Source of the DNA: Cycas panzhihuaensis
Taxonomy: Eukaryota > Plantae > Cycadophyta
Length of the DNA stretch: 64,000 nucleotides
Assembly (NCBI GenBank): GCA_023213395.1
Contig: CM041465.1
Location: forward strand, 34,727,741 to 34,791,740
Direction: 5' to 3'
Below the pieces are notes generated by a model. That model did no database searches, was not told the origin of the DNA, and saw only the letters and a list, made by a program, of their open reading frames with translations. Position numbers and translations under genes: made by a program. Below are positions 34,436 to 49,900 of the stretch, piece after piece; positions within the stretch are counted from its first letter, which is position 1; every line of letters starts with the position of its first letter.

Positions 34436-37400
34436 TAATGGAAATATGGAAGTCAAAGGGAGCGACATAGTGCAACAAAGGGAAAATCAAATCTCTAGAA
34501 TAATTATGGAGTTGATGAACATTAGGGTCTTTAGATATCTTGAATAAATAGATAGGAGTTAAGTGGGAACTTAACATCTACTGCTAACTAGTATTTAGAG
34601 AAACCATTAAGAAATCCAGTTAAATAATAATAATATTTGGCTAAGTCGGTTGCACCAATCCATATGTTGTTATATGCTGATATGTGATGATATTAGCCCT
34701 AAGGATAATATCTAATATTTCTCCCCCATAATGCCCATTTGGGGAGACTTCAAACTTGTCTTTGAATTTATTAAACTTAATTTTTCTAAGTGCCTTAGTG
34801 AAAATATCAGTGACCTATTCTTCTATGTTGTAATAGGTCAACGTAATCTCGTATGCTTAAACTAATTCCCTGATGAAATGATATTGAGTTTTAATGTGTT
34901 TCATTATGCTATGAAACACTAGATTCTAAGTCATTTGTATGGTACTTTTATTATCACATAATATTTGTTTAGAGCCATCATGTTTTACCTATAAATCCTG
35001 GAGTAGTCTTCTTAGCCAAACTATTTCACAAGCTTCTACTACCACTACTTTGTATTCTACTTTTGCAGTAGATAATGATATTGTTCTTTGTTCTTTGAAT
35101 TTTAAGTTACTATTTCCAAACCCAAACTGAAGGTGTAGCTTAATAGAGATTTTCAGTCATCTATACATCCTGCCTAATCTGAATCTATGTACCCAATTAA
35201 TTTAAAATCTCCTGATGACCTATAATGAAGTCCATGACTAACTTTTCCTTTCAAGTATCTAAGGATCCTCTTAGTTGCTTGCTGATGTGTCATCTTAGGC
35301 GCATGAATAAACCTAAAAACTATATTAACTGCATACATGATGTCTAATCAAGTTAAAGTTAAGTAAATCAAGCTATCGATCAATTACTTATAAAGAGTAG
35401 GGTCAACAAATGTAGATTCTTCATACTTAAATAATTTTACCCCAACTTCAGCTAGTGTAACAAGTGCCTTATAATTACTCATGTTCAACTTATATAATAA
35501 GTCCAAAATGTACTTTCTTTAGGAAATAAATATCTTATTCTCATTTTGCCAAACTTTCAAGCCTAAGAAGTAGCGTATAAGTCTAAAATCATTCATTTTA
35601 TATTTCTTATACATATCTTCTTTGAATTTTTGGGACAAGTGAGGAGAATTTCCTATATAAACAAGGTCATCAATGTATATGATCATAATGAGTATCAATC
35701 TTCCTTCTATCTTGATATACAAGTTGGGATCAGATTAACTCCTTTAGAATCCTTTATCTCTAAAGTACTTATCAATCCCAGAGTAATAAGATGTAGGTAC
35801 TTGTTTAAATCCATACAAGACTTATTTTAGTTTATAGACCTTGTGTTCTTCCCTATTTACTTCAAAACCTTTGGGTTATTGAACATAAATTTCTTCTTCT
35901 ATGTACCCATTCAAGAAAGCACTTTTAACATCCATTTGTTGAACTGTCCAACCCTCTTGTGTGGCTAAACCTATCATTAGATGAACTGTCTTCATTTTTA
36001 CAACTGGTGCAAATGTCTCATTGTAGTTAATACTTCTAACTTGTACATATCTTTTAGCAACTAATATTACCTTATATTTATCAATTATTCCATCCAATCT
36101 ATATTTGGTCTTATAGACCCACTTTATTCTAATTACATTTTTATTTGGTGCCAAATCAACTAACACTCAAGTATCATTTTTAACTAAGGCATTGTGCTCT
36201 TCCTTCATGGTATCTTTCCATTTATCTTTTATATTAGCCTCTTTAAAATTATGAGGCTTATTTAATTTTATTACTTGACTCATCAAGGTAAAGTTAGCTC
36301 TTTGAGAGTGAGTGGTCCTTCTCTCAAATTTGTTGTCTAAAATATTCAGAGGATCATGATCCCTTTGAATCCATTTTGTAACCTTTTGATTAAATGTGGA
36401 GAGTCTTTCTTCATTTGGAATTGGAGTATTTGTGGACTTTAGATTTGAATCAACTTCAACTATAATCTTATTTCCTTTATCTTTTTCAACTTCTTCTCGA
36501 TAGCATTCATCTTCCTTGAAGATAGCATCCCTAATTACAATTATCTTCTTTTCTTTTACGTCATATAATTTATAAGATCCAGAAACATCACAATATCCTA
36601 TAAAGATGCACTTGGTACTTTTATCATCTAACTTTGTTGTTCTTTGTTGTGGAATATGGACATATGCTATAAGCATTAAAAAATCTTTAAATGTTATACG
36701 CTTGGCTTATGACATGACCAAGCTTCCTTTGGTGTGATCCACCTAATAGCCTTGGTGGTATGCCTCTTTTATAATTAGATTGTTTTATATACTACTTTTA
36801 CCTAAAATTCATGTCCAAGTTGCTTGTCCTTAAGCATACTTATGGTCATTTCAACAATAGTTTTATTTTTTCTTTCTACAACTCCATTTTGTTGTAGAGT
36901 ATAAGGATTGGTGAGTTGCTTCCTTATATCATAGTAGTTATAATATTCCTTAAATTCATTTGAAATAAATTCTTCCCTATTATCTAATCTAAGTGTAAGA
37001 ATTCTAAGACCACTTTATTTTTCATCCAAAGTTTTGAAGTCAATAAAACATTAAAAGGTATCTGATTTGAACTTGCTAAAATATACCCAAGTATTTATAG
37101 TAAAGTCATCAATGAAAGTCATAAATTATTTTGCACCATCTAATGAAAATATATCCATAGGTCCACATAAGTCTTTATAAACTAATTGAAGAGGGTCTTG
37201 AGCTCCATAATTATGATTTGGAAAACTTTCTCTTTATTATTTCCCAAGTATGCATCCTTCATAAATTCCTTTACTTGCTTCTATAGAGAGGAGTCCAATC
37301 ACCTTCTCCATCATTTTCATCAATTCCAAGATATTATAATTTACATGGCCAAACCTTTTATGCCATGTTTCACTATCAACATTAGTTAAGGCTTTTAAAG

Positions 37401-40400
37401 CATAAGCATCCAATGGGAGAATGACTAGTTTAAATAGTCTATCACTAGTCATTTGTTCTTTTGTTACAACTACTTTGTTCCTTAACTTATCTTTGATTAT
37501 ACATTCACCATTATCAAAGATGACCTTATAGTATTGCTCCATCATTTGACCCACCAAGAGTAGGTTCTTCTTAAGAGTAGAAACATGTAAAACATCATTA
37601 ATATTTCTTGTCTCTCTTGATTTAGTAGTTATAGATACATTGATCTTTCCAATAGCAATATGGATAGTATTATCCCCAAATATGATTTTTCCTTTCTTAT
37701 AATTATCAATTTCTTTAAACAATTCCTCTTTATGAGTCATATGAGTTGAACATCTCGAATAAATGTACCAAGTATCTTCTTCTTTACTAGCTACTAGACT
37801 TGAAAGAAAAAGCATATCATTGCCTCTATCTTTGATTACTGTGTTGGCGGTTCCCCTTTGAGTACTTGTATTTTTAGCAAAACAATTTTCTTCTAAGTGT
37901 CCCATTCTATTACAAAAGGAACATTAGATGGTTCCTCTTCCTCTTCCTTTTTGAATTTTAACTTATTCTTCTTAAAGTTCCTCTTCCTCTTCCAAAGTTT
38001 TGGCCTTATCCTTGGCCTTAAAAATTCCTTTGTTCATAACCTTGATAGCTTTGATTTGATCCTTGAAAACTTCTTTGATCTTAAATGTTGTCTTGTCCTT
38101 GGTAATTTTGAATGTTTTATAAAACTTGCTCTTGGTTTCTTCCTCTTTCTCTAGGGGATTGGCCCATTCTCCTAGAACTTTATCCTTAAAAATTTTATCT
38201 TATTCTTGCCTTGGTGGCAAAAGAATGCTTAAGTGACTCATTGCCCCCTTTCTTTTCCTCAACAACTATGAGCATAACACTTAGTTGATTGATTCTAAGA
38301 GTGTTTAAGGTCTTTGGATACTTCAATGATTGTTGTCACTATTTCAAATCTTTTAATTTCTCTAGCACATCTCAAAATCTTTTCCATAATTCTTTGTTCA
38401 CTTATCACTTCATCTAAAGACTTCATTTGATTCACTAAATCTTACTTGGTGATGAATTCATTTACTTCTTCCCTAGGTGTCATCCTTAGATTCTCAAACT
38501 TGCTCCTAAGTGTTTATAATTTAGAGGATGTTTCTCCTTCATAAGTCATTTTAAGGGTGTCCTAAACTTTCTTAGACATTATAGCTTCATTTACTTTAGG
38601 AAAAATATGATGATCTGGATCACAAAATATAAGTGTGAGTGCTTTGTTATCCTTCTTGGCATTCTCCTTATATCTCTTCTTTTCATCTTCATTAGTGGTT
38701 TTGTCAATTCCTTCATATCCTGTATGAATAATCTCCCACATGTCTTTTATAATAAAAATAGGCCTCATACATCAACTCCAATTGAGATAATTTGATCCAT
38801 CAAACTTAGGTAGAACAACATTCCTAAGATTTGTTGCCATTATGAAAAGAAAATTGCCTTGAAATATAACTAAAAAATATAAAGTGCTTGAAAATAAAGA
38901 AATGTAACCAAATTATCAAAGAAAGGCAATATAAGTGCACTAAACAAACACATAATATATCCCATTTTACCTATAGGACATGCAAAAATGTCCTAGTTGG
39001 GACTCCAACCACCTCAAAAAGTAATAATTTTCATTAATGAGTGTTTACAATATGTTTTTTCACTAATTTATAAAGGGTCATCATGTAGGAAGCCCTTCAC
39101 TAGTGTCCTTTTGGAGATAAAAATCAATACATAAAATGATTTAAAAAAAAATTTGATTTCACACCCTTGTAGACAATAAAAAATAGAGTCCAATACTTTA
39201 GATGGAACTCAATTATGATATTGGATTATAAAGTTATGGATTAAAACTTTTATAAAAAAATAACTTTTTAACAAAGAAGGCTAAAAATTATAATTCTTTA
39301 AATTTACTCCTAAAAAAGTCTATCAAATTGAATCCAAAGATGGCTGTGCAACCATACATTTTGGCTAAGAATGAGTGTACTTTAATCTAGTGTAGATAGA
39401 ACCACCTTTAAACCTTACTGGTAAACGTGCACTTGCCCAAAGCAAAGGTAGGTATTGATTTTCACTAGGCTATCCTAAAAAATGCACTTAGCCCCCTTTA
39501 AAAACAATAATTTTGATCACTTTATTGCTGCATATGTCTTGTAATGGATACTATGGAATTACTAATTTACACAGAATACTTAATACTCATATGTAGGGCC
39601 CACATACAAATGGCTCTTTTGAAACTTTATGAAATAATTAGTAATGCAATCACTAAAGAGGCTTCTTATAAGAGTTTTTAAAGTTGAAAACTATTGTATT
39701 ACATGTTATACAGGCAAAGAGAGTAGTTGAAAGGTCTATTCAGTAGAAACTAGCTCAAAGAAGCTCAGAAAACATGCAAAAACTGATCAAAGATTGCAAA
39801 TGGAGGTCAAACGACTCTGTAGATAGGGGCATAAGTGCAAATGTGCTCTATACAAGCCACACAGAAGTAAAATAATATAGTAGATAGTCTATACAAGTTG
39901 GGCAACCAAGAGGAAGATACAAATATAAAAGATTAAGGTTTTAAACTTTAAAACCTTAAAAAAATATTAAAAATAATTGGTTTGAAATGACTTTAGCATA
40001 AATACAAGTGCACACTTTTCTATATTACAGAAAATAGAGTCATACTACTAAAAAAGAGTGCCAAAGTAAATTATTTCAATGTTTAAAACTTTAGGCTTTA
40101 GAAAACATTAAGAAAAATAAAATTTTGAGGGCAACAATGACACGCACAAAGCTATTTAGAGGGAAATGAGCATAAACATTCAATAGAGGTGTAGAAACTT
40201 TAATAAGGACACAAAAGTTAGCCCCAAAAGTAGTCAACAGAGAGTAAAGACTTCAGCAAAGGGTGCAAATGCTTTAGATGGACGATTAAGGAGTAAAATA
40301 TGGATGTATATGGTTATATTCACTTCATTTAAGGCAAACCAGAGGCTCATACACTTGTTCGGGCCAACAATAGACATAAAACTAAGTGCAAAATAGATAT

Positions 40401-40976
40401 ATGACAATAAAGATGCAATAGTAATTGTAATGGGATACAAACTCCTTCAATGGTAATATGAAATACTCATGAATAACATGCAATGAAGGGTATTTTCTTC
40501 AATTGAACTCTAAATAATTGGAAACTTTTGAAATAAGCTTATGAAAAAGAAATATTGACTAATAATTTAAATGTATTAAGTATGTATAACAAAAGAGCTC
40601 TTCACAAGACTTTGAATGTATCTTTAGGTGTGTGGATCACTTCTATAATAAGACAACTCTTGAACAACATTCTAACAACACTCTGATACCAAATAATAGA
40701 AATATAGAAATCAATGAGAATGGTAAAGTGCAATAAAGGGAAAATCATATCTCCAGCATAATGGTGGTATTAATGAAGAATAGGGTCTTCAGAGCCCTTG
40801 AGTAAATAGATAGGAATTAAGCAAGAACCCAATGTCTACCATCGATTGGTATTTAAAAACACTATTAAGAAATCCATTCAAATGATGATAATATTTGACT
40901 AAGTTGATTACACCAAGCCCTATACCATTCTATACCAATATATGTCGATATTAGCCCTGATGGGTATTATCCAATA
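34436..40976 (-). mobile_element. Full-length degenerate Copia element E
   Basis: LTRs 34436-34717 and 40694-40976; PBS rc ACTCTGATACCA 40680-40691; PPT rc TTTCTCCCCC; TSD GATAT/TATAT. Confidence 0.92.
34750..38840 (-). pseudogene. Copia E gag-pol remnant
   Basis: ATG at 38840 (MATNL..PKFDGSNY); WYIYSRCSTHM protease; WHKRFGH; KLDDKSTKCIFIGY; KWVYKTK..LVAKRY..QMDVKSAFLNG; IYIDDL; DIFTKAL. Confidence 0.92.
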
Positions 40977-41459
40977 TATATATTAGTAGAAACAATAATA
41001 TAGTTGTGACTTTTCAATTTAGAATGAAGCTCCAAATTAATAATTTTAAATAAACTCTACCTCTTTATCATAATACAAATAAGCCCTATAATATGCCTAA
41101 AAATGATATCATATGCTTATATTATAATAAGAAAGGTCATCTTGAGAAGAACTATTAGAAAAAGAAATCAGATAAAAAGAATGTTAGAAATACAACTACA
41201 AGATATAATAACCTAGGAATATCAAAGTAATGTCATAATGGACCTAAACCATAATTATAATCTCTTACATCTCATCATGTAGGAATACATATAGTCAGGT
41301 TATGAGCATATGTGGGATTATTTTCCACACTTATAACTAATCACATTTGGCCTTTATATTGACTAATTATACATGACTTATTAGTTAACTAATTACATTG
41401 AATGTGCATTATCTTTCAATGCTCCTCCATAATATATATTTAGATATATACTTAGATAT

Positions 41460-44400
41460 TTTATGAGTTAGAAACACTTATCCTTTAATAATGCTTTGGT
41501 GAGGATGTATACAACTTGGTCTTCTATTTTGTAGTATTAAAACTAAACTTATTGATTCTGAATAAGTTCTCTAATATAGTGATGTCTTAGGTCCATGTTC
41601 TTCATTTTATTATGTATAATTAGATTCTTAGTCATCTGGATTATACTTTAATTATTACAAAAAATTATTGTTGGTTCTTATTAAGGTTGATAAAGGTTTT
41701 TAAGAATACTTCTAAGCCAAATTACTTGTCTTCTTGTTAATTCAACTACTTTGTATTCTACTTTTACTATACATAAAAAAATTGATGGTTGTTTCTTTAC
41801 ATCCCATGATACTAATGTTGAACTAACATTGAATACATATTAAAAAATTAAATTTTGATCTTCAATATCATCTACTTAATCTGCATCTAAATAATCAATC
41901 AACTTAAATTTATTTAATAGAGTGTACTAAAGTCTATGGTGCATTCTTCCTTTGATGTATCTCAAGATCTTTTTTGTTTCTTCCTAATGCTTTTCATTTG
42001 GTTTTAATAGGTATCTTGAAGTTAAGTTTACTACATATGATATGTTTAGTCGATTATTCATCAAGTAAATCAGGTTTCCTATCAATTAATGACACATAAT
42101 AGAATCAACTAAAATAGAATATTTATTTTTACTTAACTTTAACCTAAGTTTACCAGTAATAGTACTTGACTTATATTCTCCCATGTTAAATTTCTATAAT
42201 ATGTCCATAATATATTTACTTTAAGACATATGGATGCCTTATTCACCTTGCTAAATTTCCATGCTAAATAAATAATGTAATTTCCCTATATTTTCCATCT
42301 CAAATTCTAAATTCATGGCATCCTTAAATTCTTAAAATATTTCATCATTGTTTCATATATAAATAAGATCATCAACTTAGATAGCAATCATAAGAATTAA
42401 AGTTTTTGTAATTTTGACATACAGATTTAGATTTGATGGGATCTTCAGAAATTCCTTATCTTGAAAGTACTTATCAATTATGGAATACCAAACTCTTGGA
42501 ATATGTTTTAGTACATATAAGGCTTTTTCTATCTTGCATACTAAGTGTTCTTTTACCTGACTTTTAAATCTTTGAGTATATGTAACATAAATTTCTTCAT
42601 CAATACATCTATTAAGAAATATAGATTTAATATCCATTTGATATATAGTCCATCTTTAATATGTAGTTAAAAATAAGATACTTCTTATTGTGTTCATCTT
42701 GGTAACTGATGCAAAGCTTTTTGCATAATCAATTCCTTCTTGTTAAGCATAACCTTTTGCCACAAGTCTAGCCTTATATTTATTAATAATTTTATTAAAT
42801 TTTTACTTAGTTTTATAAGCCCATTTTATACCTATCACTTCTTTGCTAGTAGACAGCTCAACCAAATTCCAAGTTTAATTTTTTATTAAGGAATTATATT
42901 ATGTTTCCATGGATTTATTATATATATTATTAGTAATAACTTCTTCAAAAAATTATGGTTTATCATTTTTTTCAACTTTGAGAGCCATTAATGCAAAGTT
43001 AGCTTTAGCTTGAGATCTAGTTAATCTTTTGTTAAAATTTCTATCAAGTATTACTTTTAGATTATGACTTCTTACTAGCCATTTCGGTTCTACAACATGT
43101 TTTTGACTTAATGATGATGAACTTAGAGAGGAACTTAACTCTTAAGTTCAATTTAGAGATAGAGTTAATGAAGATAAATTTTGAAATAGAAATGGTTCTG
43201 AATCTATTTCAATGACAATTTGTCTTCCTTGATTTTCTTCATATTTAAAAATTACATTCTCATTAAAAATCACATCTCTACTTATAAAGAATTTCTTTGT
43301 AATTGGTTTAAGTAATCTATAAGCCTTTTACTTACTTGAGTAGACTATAAAAATGCACTCAATACTTTTACTTTCCAACTTGGATCTTTTCTCATTAGGA
43401 ATATGTATATAAGCAACATAACCAAATATTTTTAAATGTGAAACCTCTGGCTTATAATCTATCCAACATTATTTAAGAATTAAGTCCTCAATTTCTTTTG
43501 TAAGACTTTTGTTTAGCAAATATATAGAAGTACTTATTACTTCAACCCATTATTCATTGCTTAACTATTTTTTCTTAATCATATATCTAGCCATTTAAAT
43601 AATAATTTAGATTTTCCATTTAACAACTTCATTTTATTAGGGTGTGTATAGAGTAGTGAATTATCTTCTTATACTAACTTTGTTATAGAAATCTATGAAA
43701 TCATTTGAGATAAATTCATCACCATTATCTGAATGAAAAATTTATAATCAATAACCATTTTACATTTCGACCATAACTTTGAATTTAATAAATCTAAAAA
43801 ATATTTCATATTTTTCTTTAAGGAAACATACCTAATTTTTTCTTATAAAATTATCAACAAGAATTAAGAAAAAATTAGCATTTCCAAAAGATAATGTTCT
43901 TATTAGGCCACATAAATATACATGTATTAATTGAAGTGGATAGTTGGATTGAAAATCTAAATTAGGAAAACTTTCTCTATGTCCAAAAATATAATGCCAA
44001 AGTATGTTCTCATTTGAAATTAAAGTATTCAATACTTATAAAGGTGAAAAAAGTATATAAGTTTGAATAATCTATCTTTTATCATTTGGTCTTTTGCAAC
44101 TATAATATCATTATTTAACTTGTCACTTATTTCACACTTCCCATTGTTAAAGACTACTCTATATTGTTGTTTCATCATTTGATCAATACATAATAAGTTC
44201 CTTCTCAATCTAGGTACAAATAAGACATTCTAAATATTCTTATTTAATATAATTTCAATTTAAATTATTACAACTCCTTGTCCTTGAACTTTTTATATAT
44301 TATCATTTCAAAAAATGGTTTTCCTTTAGTTGTTTTCTTCATGAATCTTAGAAAATGCATTTTCATTATAGGATATATAAGTTGAACAACTAGAATCAAT

Positions 44401-45490
44401 ATACCATTCAACTGTCTTATTAGAATATTGAACATTTAAACTTGTATAAAAAACACTTTTATTTTATTAGTTGTTGTTTCAGATATGTTATCTTTATAAC
44501 ATTTATATGAACAGTGTCCATCCATTTCATGCTTATAGTAAAAAGTAATGAAACCTCTTCTTCTTCCAATTCCTCTTTATAGTATTCTACCTCTTCCTCT
44601 TGATGAACTTCTCCCTCTTGGTGTAGTAAGATTCTTTCCTCTTGAATAACTTCTTCCTCTCAATCTTCTCCTACCTATTTGAAATTGTCCCTCTTGTCCT
44701 TGTCTATATCTATAATTACCTTATCCATAATTTGACATTGGTATAGATGTTGCTACTTGTCCTAGTCTATATGTATAAGCTAGTGATGGTGTTATTTCTT
44801 GAGCTATCCTTGATGGTTTTTTATACTTTTCTCTCATGGATTCCTTAGAAGCAAAGACTTATTCTAATTATCAATTGAACTCTTCTTTTCTTCTTCTATG
44901 AATAGAATTAATAATAACTCATTAAACTTTAATGTAGATAAGTCCTTTATCACTTGTATTATTGTAGTAATTATTTCAAATTTTCTTATCTCTCTAGTGC
45001 TTCTCAAAACATTCTCTATAACTCTTTGTTTAGGTACTTGTTCACTTAATGAATTTAGTTGGTTTATAAGATCCTGAACTCTAGTGATAAATGAATTAAT
45101 AGATTCTATAGAAATCATCTTGAGATTTCCAAAGTTTCTTCTCAAGTTTTGAATCCTAGTATTAGTACTTCTTTCAAATGATATTTTCAAAGTAATTCAA
45201 GCATAATGTGAGGTAGCAAGATTACCAAATACAAGGAAATATAACATCATAAATAATAGAAAATATGAAGGAAAGTGCTTCATTATCTTTCTCGTATAAT
45301 TCTTCTTTCAACTTCTAATTATCAAAAGTCAAATCAGTTGTAGGAGAAATAGGAATGAGAGCAATATAACCTTCAAAAATAATGTTCCACCATTATCTAG
45401 CTTATAAAGTAGGCTTTATTCTTCTTGACCACATAAAATAATTTTGTCCATTAAGCTTAAGAATCACCAATAAATTTAAGGTAATAATTG
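41460..45490 (-). pseudogene. Copia F gag-pol remnant
   Basis: gag ORF 44864-45190; WYIDSSCSTY at ~44408-44378; INT ORF 43832-44032; RT ORF 42377-42637 followed by *VDDL; ILTKAL at ~41490-41510. Confidence 0.9.
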
Positions 45491-46979
45491 ATGAAAAATC
45501 CCTTATAAATAAAAATTAATAGCCAATAATTACAAAATCAACCACAAATATAAATCAAGCATGATCAACCATGATCATAATTAGGAGAGAGCATAACCAA
45601 GTACATAAATATCCCTTCAAAATATGATATGTACTAGCATGACCTATCCCTTCAATTAGGGCCATCTTCTACCTCCTTTAAACTTTATTAAGGAGCTTAA
45701 TTAGGTTGCCACTAGGGTTTTAAATAAATTTCCCCTAGGGCCAAAAAGTAAGCTTTAACATTTATGAAATATTGCTAAAAAATTACATTAAATGATCATC
45801 AAATGCTTATAAAAAAATTCTTTATTGGTTACCACATAGAGATCCAAATAAAGTATTAATTTTGACTAAAAATATCTCAATGGAAATAACTCTAAACTGC
45901 TTCAAATTATATATTAAAATGATTGTCTTTGAATTACAATTCTAATAGTTTAGATGGCTCACAAAGTAAACTCCTCATTGTAAAAATTATAGGCAAAAGA
46001 ACATAGATACCTTCAAAATAAAAAAAAAAAGAATTATGAGGGATTTAGCCTCTTTCACCTTATAGTGCCTGGTCACTTAGTAATAGCACGTGACCTTTTT
46101 CTTGACTAAAGAGGACTCTATAAACTTGAATGAAATATCTAAAATAGTTTAATGTACTAAAACTTTTATTTTAAAAAAATAAAGGAAAGTTAAATATTTG
46201 CAAAGTAATTAACCATTAATGAATAATCTGTAGCAGCACAATCTCTGTGAAACCCAATAAAATCTTCTAAAGAAATCAATGGAGGATTGAAATCTTCTTC
46301 ATGATGTAATTATTCTACTTGGGCAAGCTTGGATCTTACTAGACGTGGTGATCTTTGTACTTGGAGGCAATGCACAAGCAATGAACACAACCCTTCAAGG
46401 AATAGAGGAGTGTGTATAGAGGCATCAATTTATGATTTATCAATGTAGAGTAAAAGTATAGGTAGAGGAGGTAGAGAATTATTTATAGACTAGAACATCT
46501 CATGGATTGAGGAGAGGTCTTGACAAGGCTTGAAACAAAGGTATCTCAATTACCAACTCATATGTAGGATATGAAAACACAAACAGGATATAAAATATCT
46601 CTCTTATAATGCAAAAAAGAAATCAAAGACAATAAATAACTATTCAAACCAAATTTATTGATCATAATAGGAAGGGTAAATTAATTATCGCCTTTATTTT
46701 TTATTTCAATAGAGTTTCACTTAGCTACAAAAATTCAATATACATGAAGAAGGGTTTGAGCTATATTTATAAGTCTCAAAGCACCTCAAATAATTACACT
46801 ATTGGCAACATAATAGTCTAACATAATTGGCCCATTATTCAAGATAGGATAGACTAGACATAAATTTATAATATGATTTGATTATATAATAATACAAAGA
46901 TGGTACAAGGGTACATTTATATATATAAATGTCATTATAGTTTTAACATCCTCCCTTAATGACAACCTCATTTATCTCG

Positions 46980-49900
46980 ATGCCAAGGTCATGTCAAAAC
47001 CTTTCAAAAATTGGTTTACCAAGTGCTTTGGTGAAGATATCTATAATTTGGTCCTCAATAGGTTGGTATACTAAATTAACTTCTTTATTTTGCGCATGTT
47101 CATAGATGAAGTGATGATGGACCTCAATGTATTTTGTCTTAGTACAAAAAATAAGATTCTTTATCATCTTTAATACACTTTAATTATCAAAGAATACAAG
47201 AGTGGATTGAGTCTATTTAAGACCAATTTCTATAAGAATCCTTCGTAGCTAAATTAACTTAGTAGTAACATGAACTCCTACTTTATACTCAGCTTCCATG
47301 GAGGAGAGAGCATCATTGGATTATTTCTTACAACTCCAAGAAACTATGATTAAGTTCATGTTAAAGCAATATCTTAAAGTGGAGTGGTGAGAATTCTAAC
47401 AACAAGCCTAATAAACATTTATGAATCCTTTTAAGATAGGAATATCAACGTGGTTGTAATCAAGAACAAGTTGAAATGTGCCACAAATGTACTTAAGAAT
47501 TCTTATGGTGACTTTTCAATGAGATGCCTTAGGCTGTGATATATATCTAAAGCAGATCCTAATTGCATATGAGATGTCTATGCAAGTGTGAGTAAGATAA
47601 ATCAAACTCCCTACTAGTTATCAGTATAAAGTGGGATCAAAAAAATTGCCATGTTCATCCAATGTGAGCTTGGTCCCTATTTCCATTAGTCTTAGAGAAG
47701 GTTTATAGTTTCTCATTCTGAATCACTACAAGAGTTTATTTGCATACTAAAATTATGAAAAAAATATGTGTCCAAGTTCCTACCACATCTCAATACCAAA
47801 GAAGTAGTAGAGCAACCTAATTTCAGTCATCGTAAAGTTGCTTTTGAGTTTAGACTGGAGACTAATTATTCTTTCATTATCATTCCCTATGATTGCCAAG
47901 TCATCAACATATAAAACAATGATGGTGAACATATTATTTCAAACTTGAATGTAGAGATCAAGATTAGAGGATGGATGAATAAATCTATGTTGTATAAAAA
48001 AAGGCATCAATTTTGACATATTGGGCATGAGGTGTCTTCTTAAGTCCATAAAGAGCTTTCTTGAGTTTATAAACTAGGTGTTATTTTCCTAGAATAACAT
48101 ATCTAAGAGATTGTCTTAAGAAAATTTCTTCTACAAGCTCTCTACTAAGGAAGGCGCTCTTCACATCCATATGATATGCATGCCAATTAAATTATATTAC
48201 AAGTGACATAACCAGACAAAAAATGGTCATATTAACAATAGGAAAAAAGGTTTCTTCATAGTCTATCCCCTCTCATTATTTAAATCCTTTTACTACAAGT
48301 TGAGCTTTATGATGCTTAATAGAGCCATTAGCTTGAAACTTGGTTTTATATAACCATTGATGATCAATCATCTTCTTGTTAGGTGGAAATTCTATGAGCT
48401 CCCATGTGTTATATTTTATAATAGAGTTTATTTTTTCATCTATGGTAGCTTTCTACATTTGGTCTATGATTACCTTCTCAAATGTGGAAGGCTCAAAAGA
48501 ATTAAGAACACGTGCTATTAAGGCATAATTTGTTGAATGCCTAAGTATTGATTCTCTCTTGGGACTAGGAAGAGGAGGAGATGTATCTTTTATTACTTGT
48601 AGGTACCGCTTAGGGAGTTTCTGGATACTTGATACTTCCACTTAGAGATCATCTAGTGAAATAGGTTGCACTATAGAGGTGGCATCTAAAGTTGAAGGTG
48701 AAGTAAGTAGAGTTGAGAATGGACTTAGAGTGTAAGTTGACGATGGTGTAGAAGGCTCTATAATTAATGCAAGAGACATTTCTGGCACAACAACATCATC
48801 ATCTATGATAAACTAGATCTAGGAGGGGTCCAAGTGTAGAGTTTCCTATGTAAAGATAACATCATGAGTTATATATATTTGTTTTGTAATAGGGTCATAC
48901 ACCTTATATGATTTGTATCTAGGTGCATAGCTAATGAAAATGTATTTGAGGCTTTTATCATCTAATTTCCTTTTATTTTCCTTGGGAATAAACTTATAGG
49001 CAGTACAACCAAATGTTCTGAGATGTGAGATAGTGGGATTTTGTCATGTCCAAGCCTCAGGTGTTATGTCTCTAATTACTATAGTTGTATTTCTATACGT
49101 GAAGTAGGCAGCATTAGAAATAACTTTAACCCAAAATGTAGTACCAAGGTTGTTAACATTCAACATTACTTTAGCTTTATTCACCAAATTCTGATTCATT
49201 CTTTTAGCTACACCATTCTATTGGGGTGTGTAAGGAGTGGAGAATTAGCATTTGACTCTAAATTCTTAACAAAAGATGGTGAATTTCCTAGATGTGAATC
49301 CTCGACTATTATTTGATCTCAACACTTTAATAATAATGCCGACCTCATTTTCTACTTTGGCTTTGAAGTCCTTGAAATTTTTAAAAGCTTCAAATCTGTT
49401 CCAAAGAAAGTAAACTCATACTTTATTGGAATAATCATCAATAAAGGTAATAACGTATAAACTTCTATTAAGGGATGGTATTAACATGGGTCCATATATA
49501 TTTGAGTGGATTAACCCTAATGGTTTGGAGGTACGCTATGCTCTTTTTGAGGGAAATTGCTCTTTATGTTGCTTCTCAACTATGCAAGCCTCACAAATGC
49601 AATTATCTTTTTAAATCTAAGGAAACTTATGCATCATTTAAAGCCCATATATGAGGTTGACACTCTGTATATTAAGGTGACCTAGGTGTTGGTGCCATAG
49701 TTGGTCTTTGGTGTATTTTGAAGGGGGTTGCTCTTCATTTTAGGAATATTCACCTTGGGTTTGTTTAATAGGTGGGTCTTCAACTATGATTGCTTTGCCT
49801 TTATCAAGATGAGTAGTTTATATTATAGCACATGCATCTTGATGTAGAGCAATGGAGAGTGGAACACCATCAAACTTATAAAGACCACTACCCTCATTAC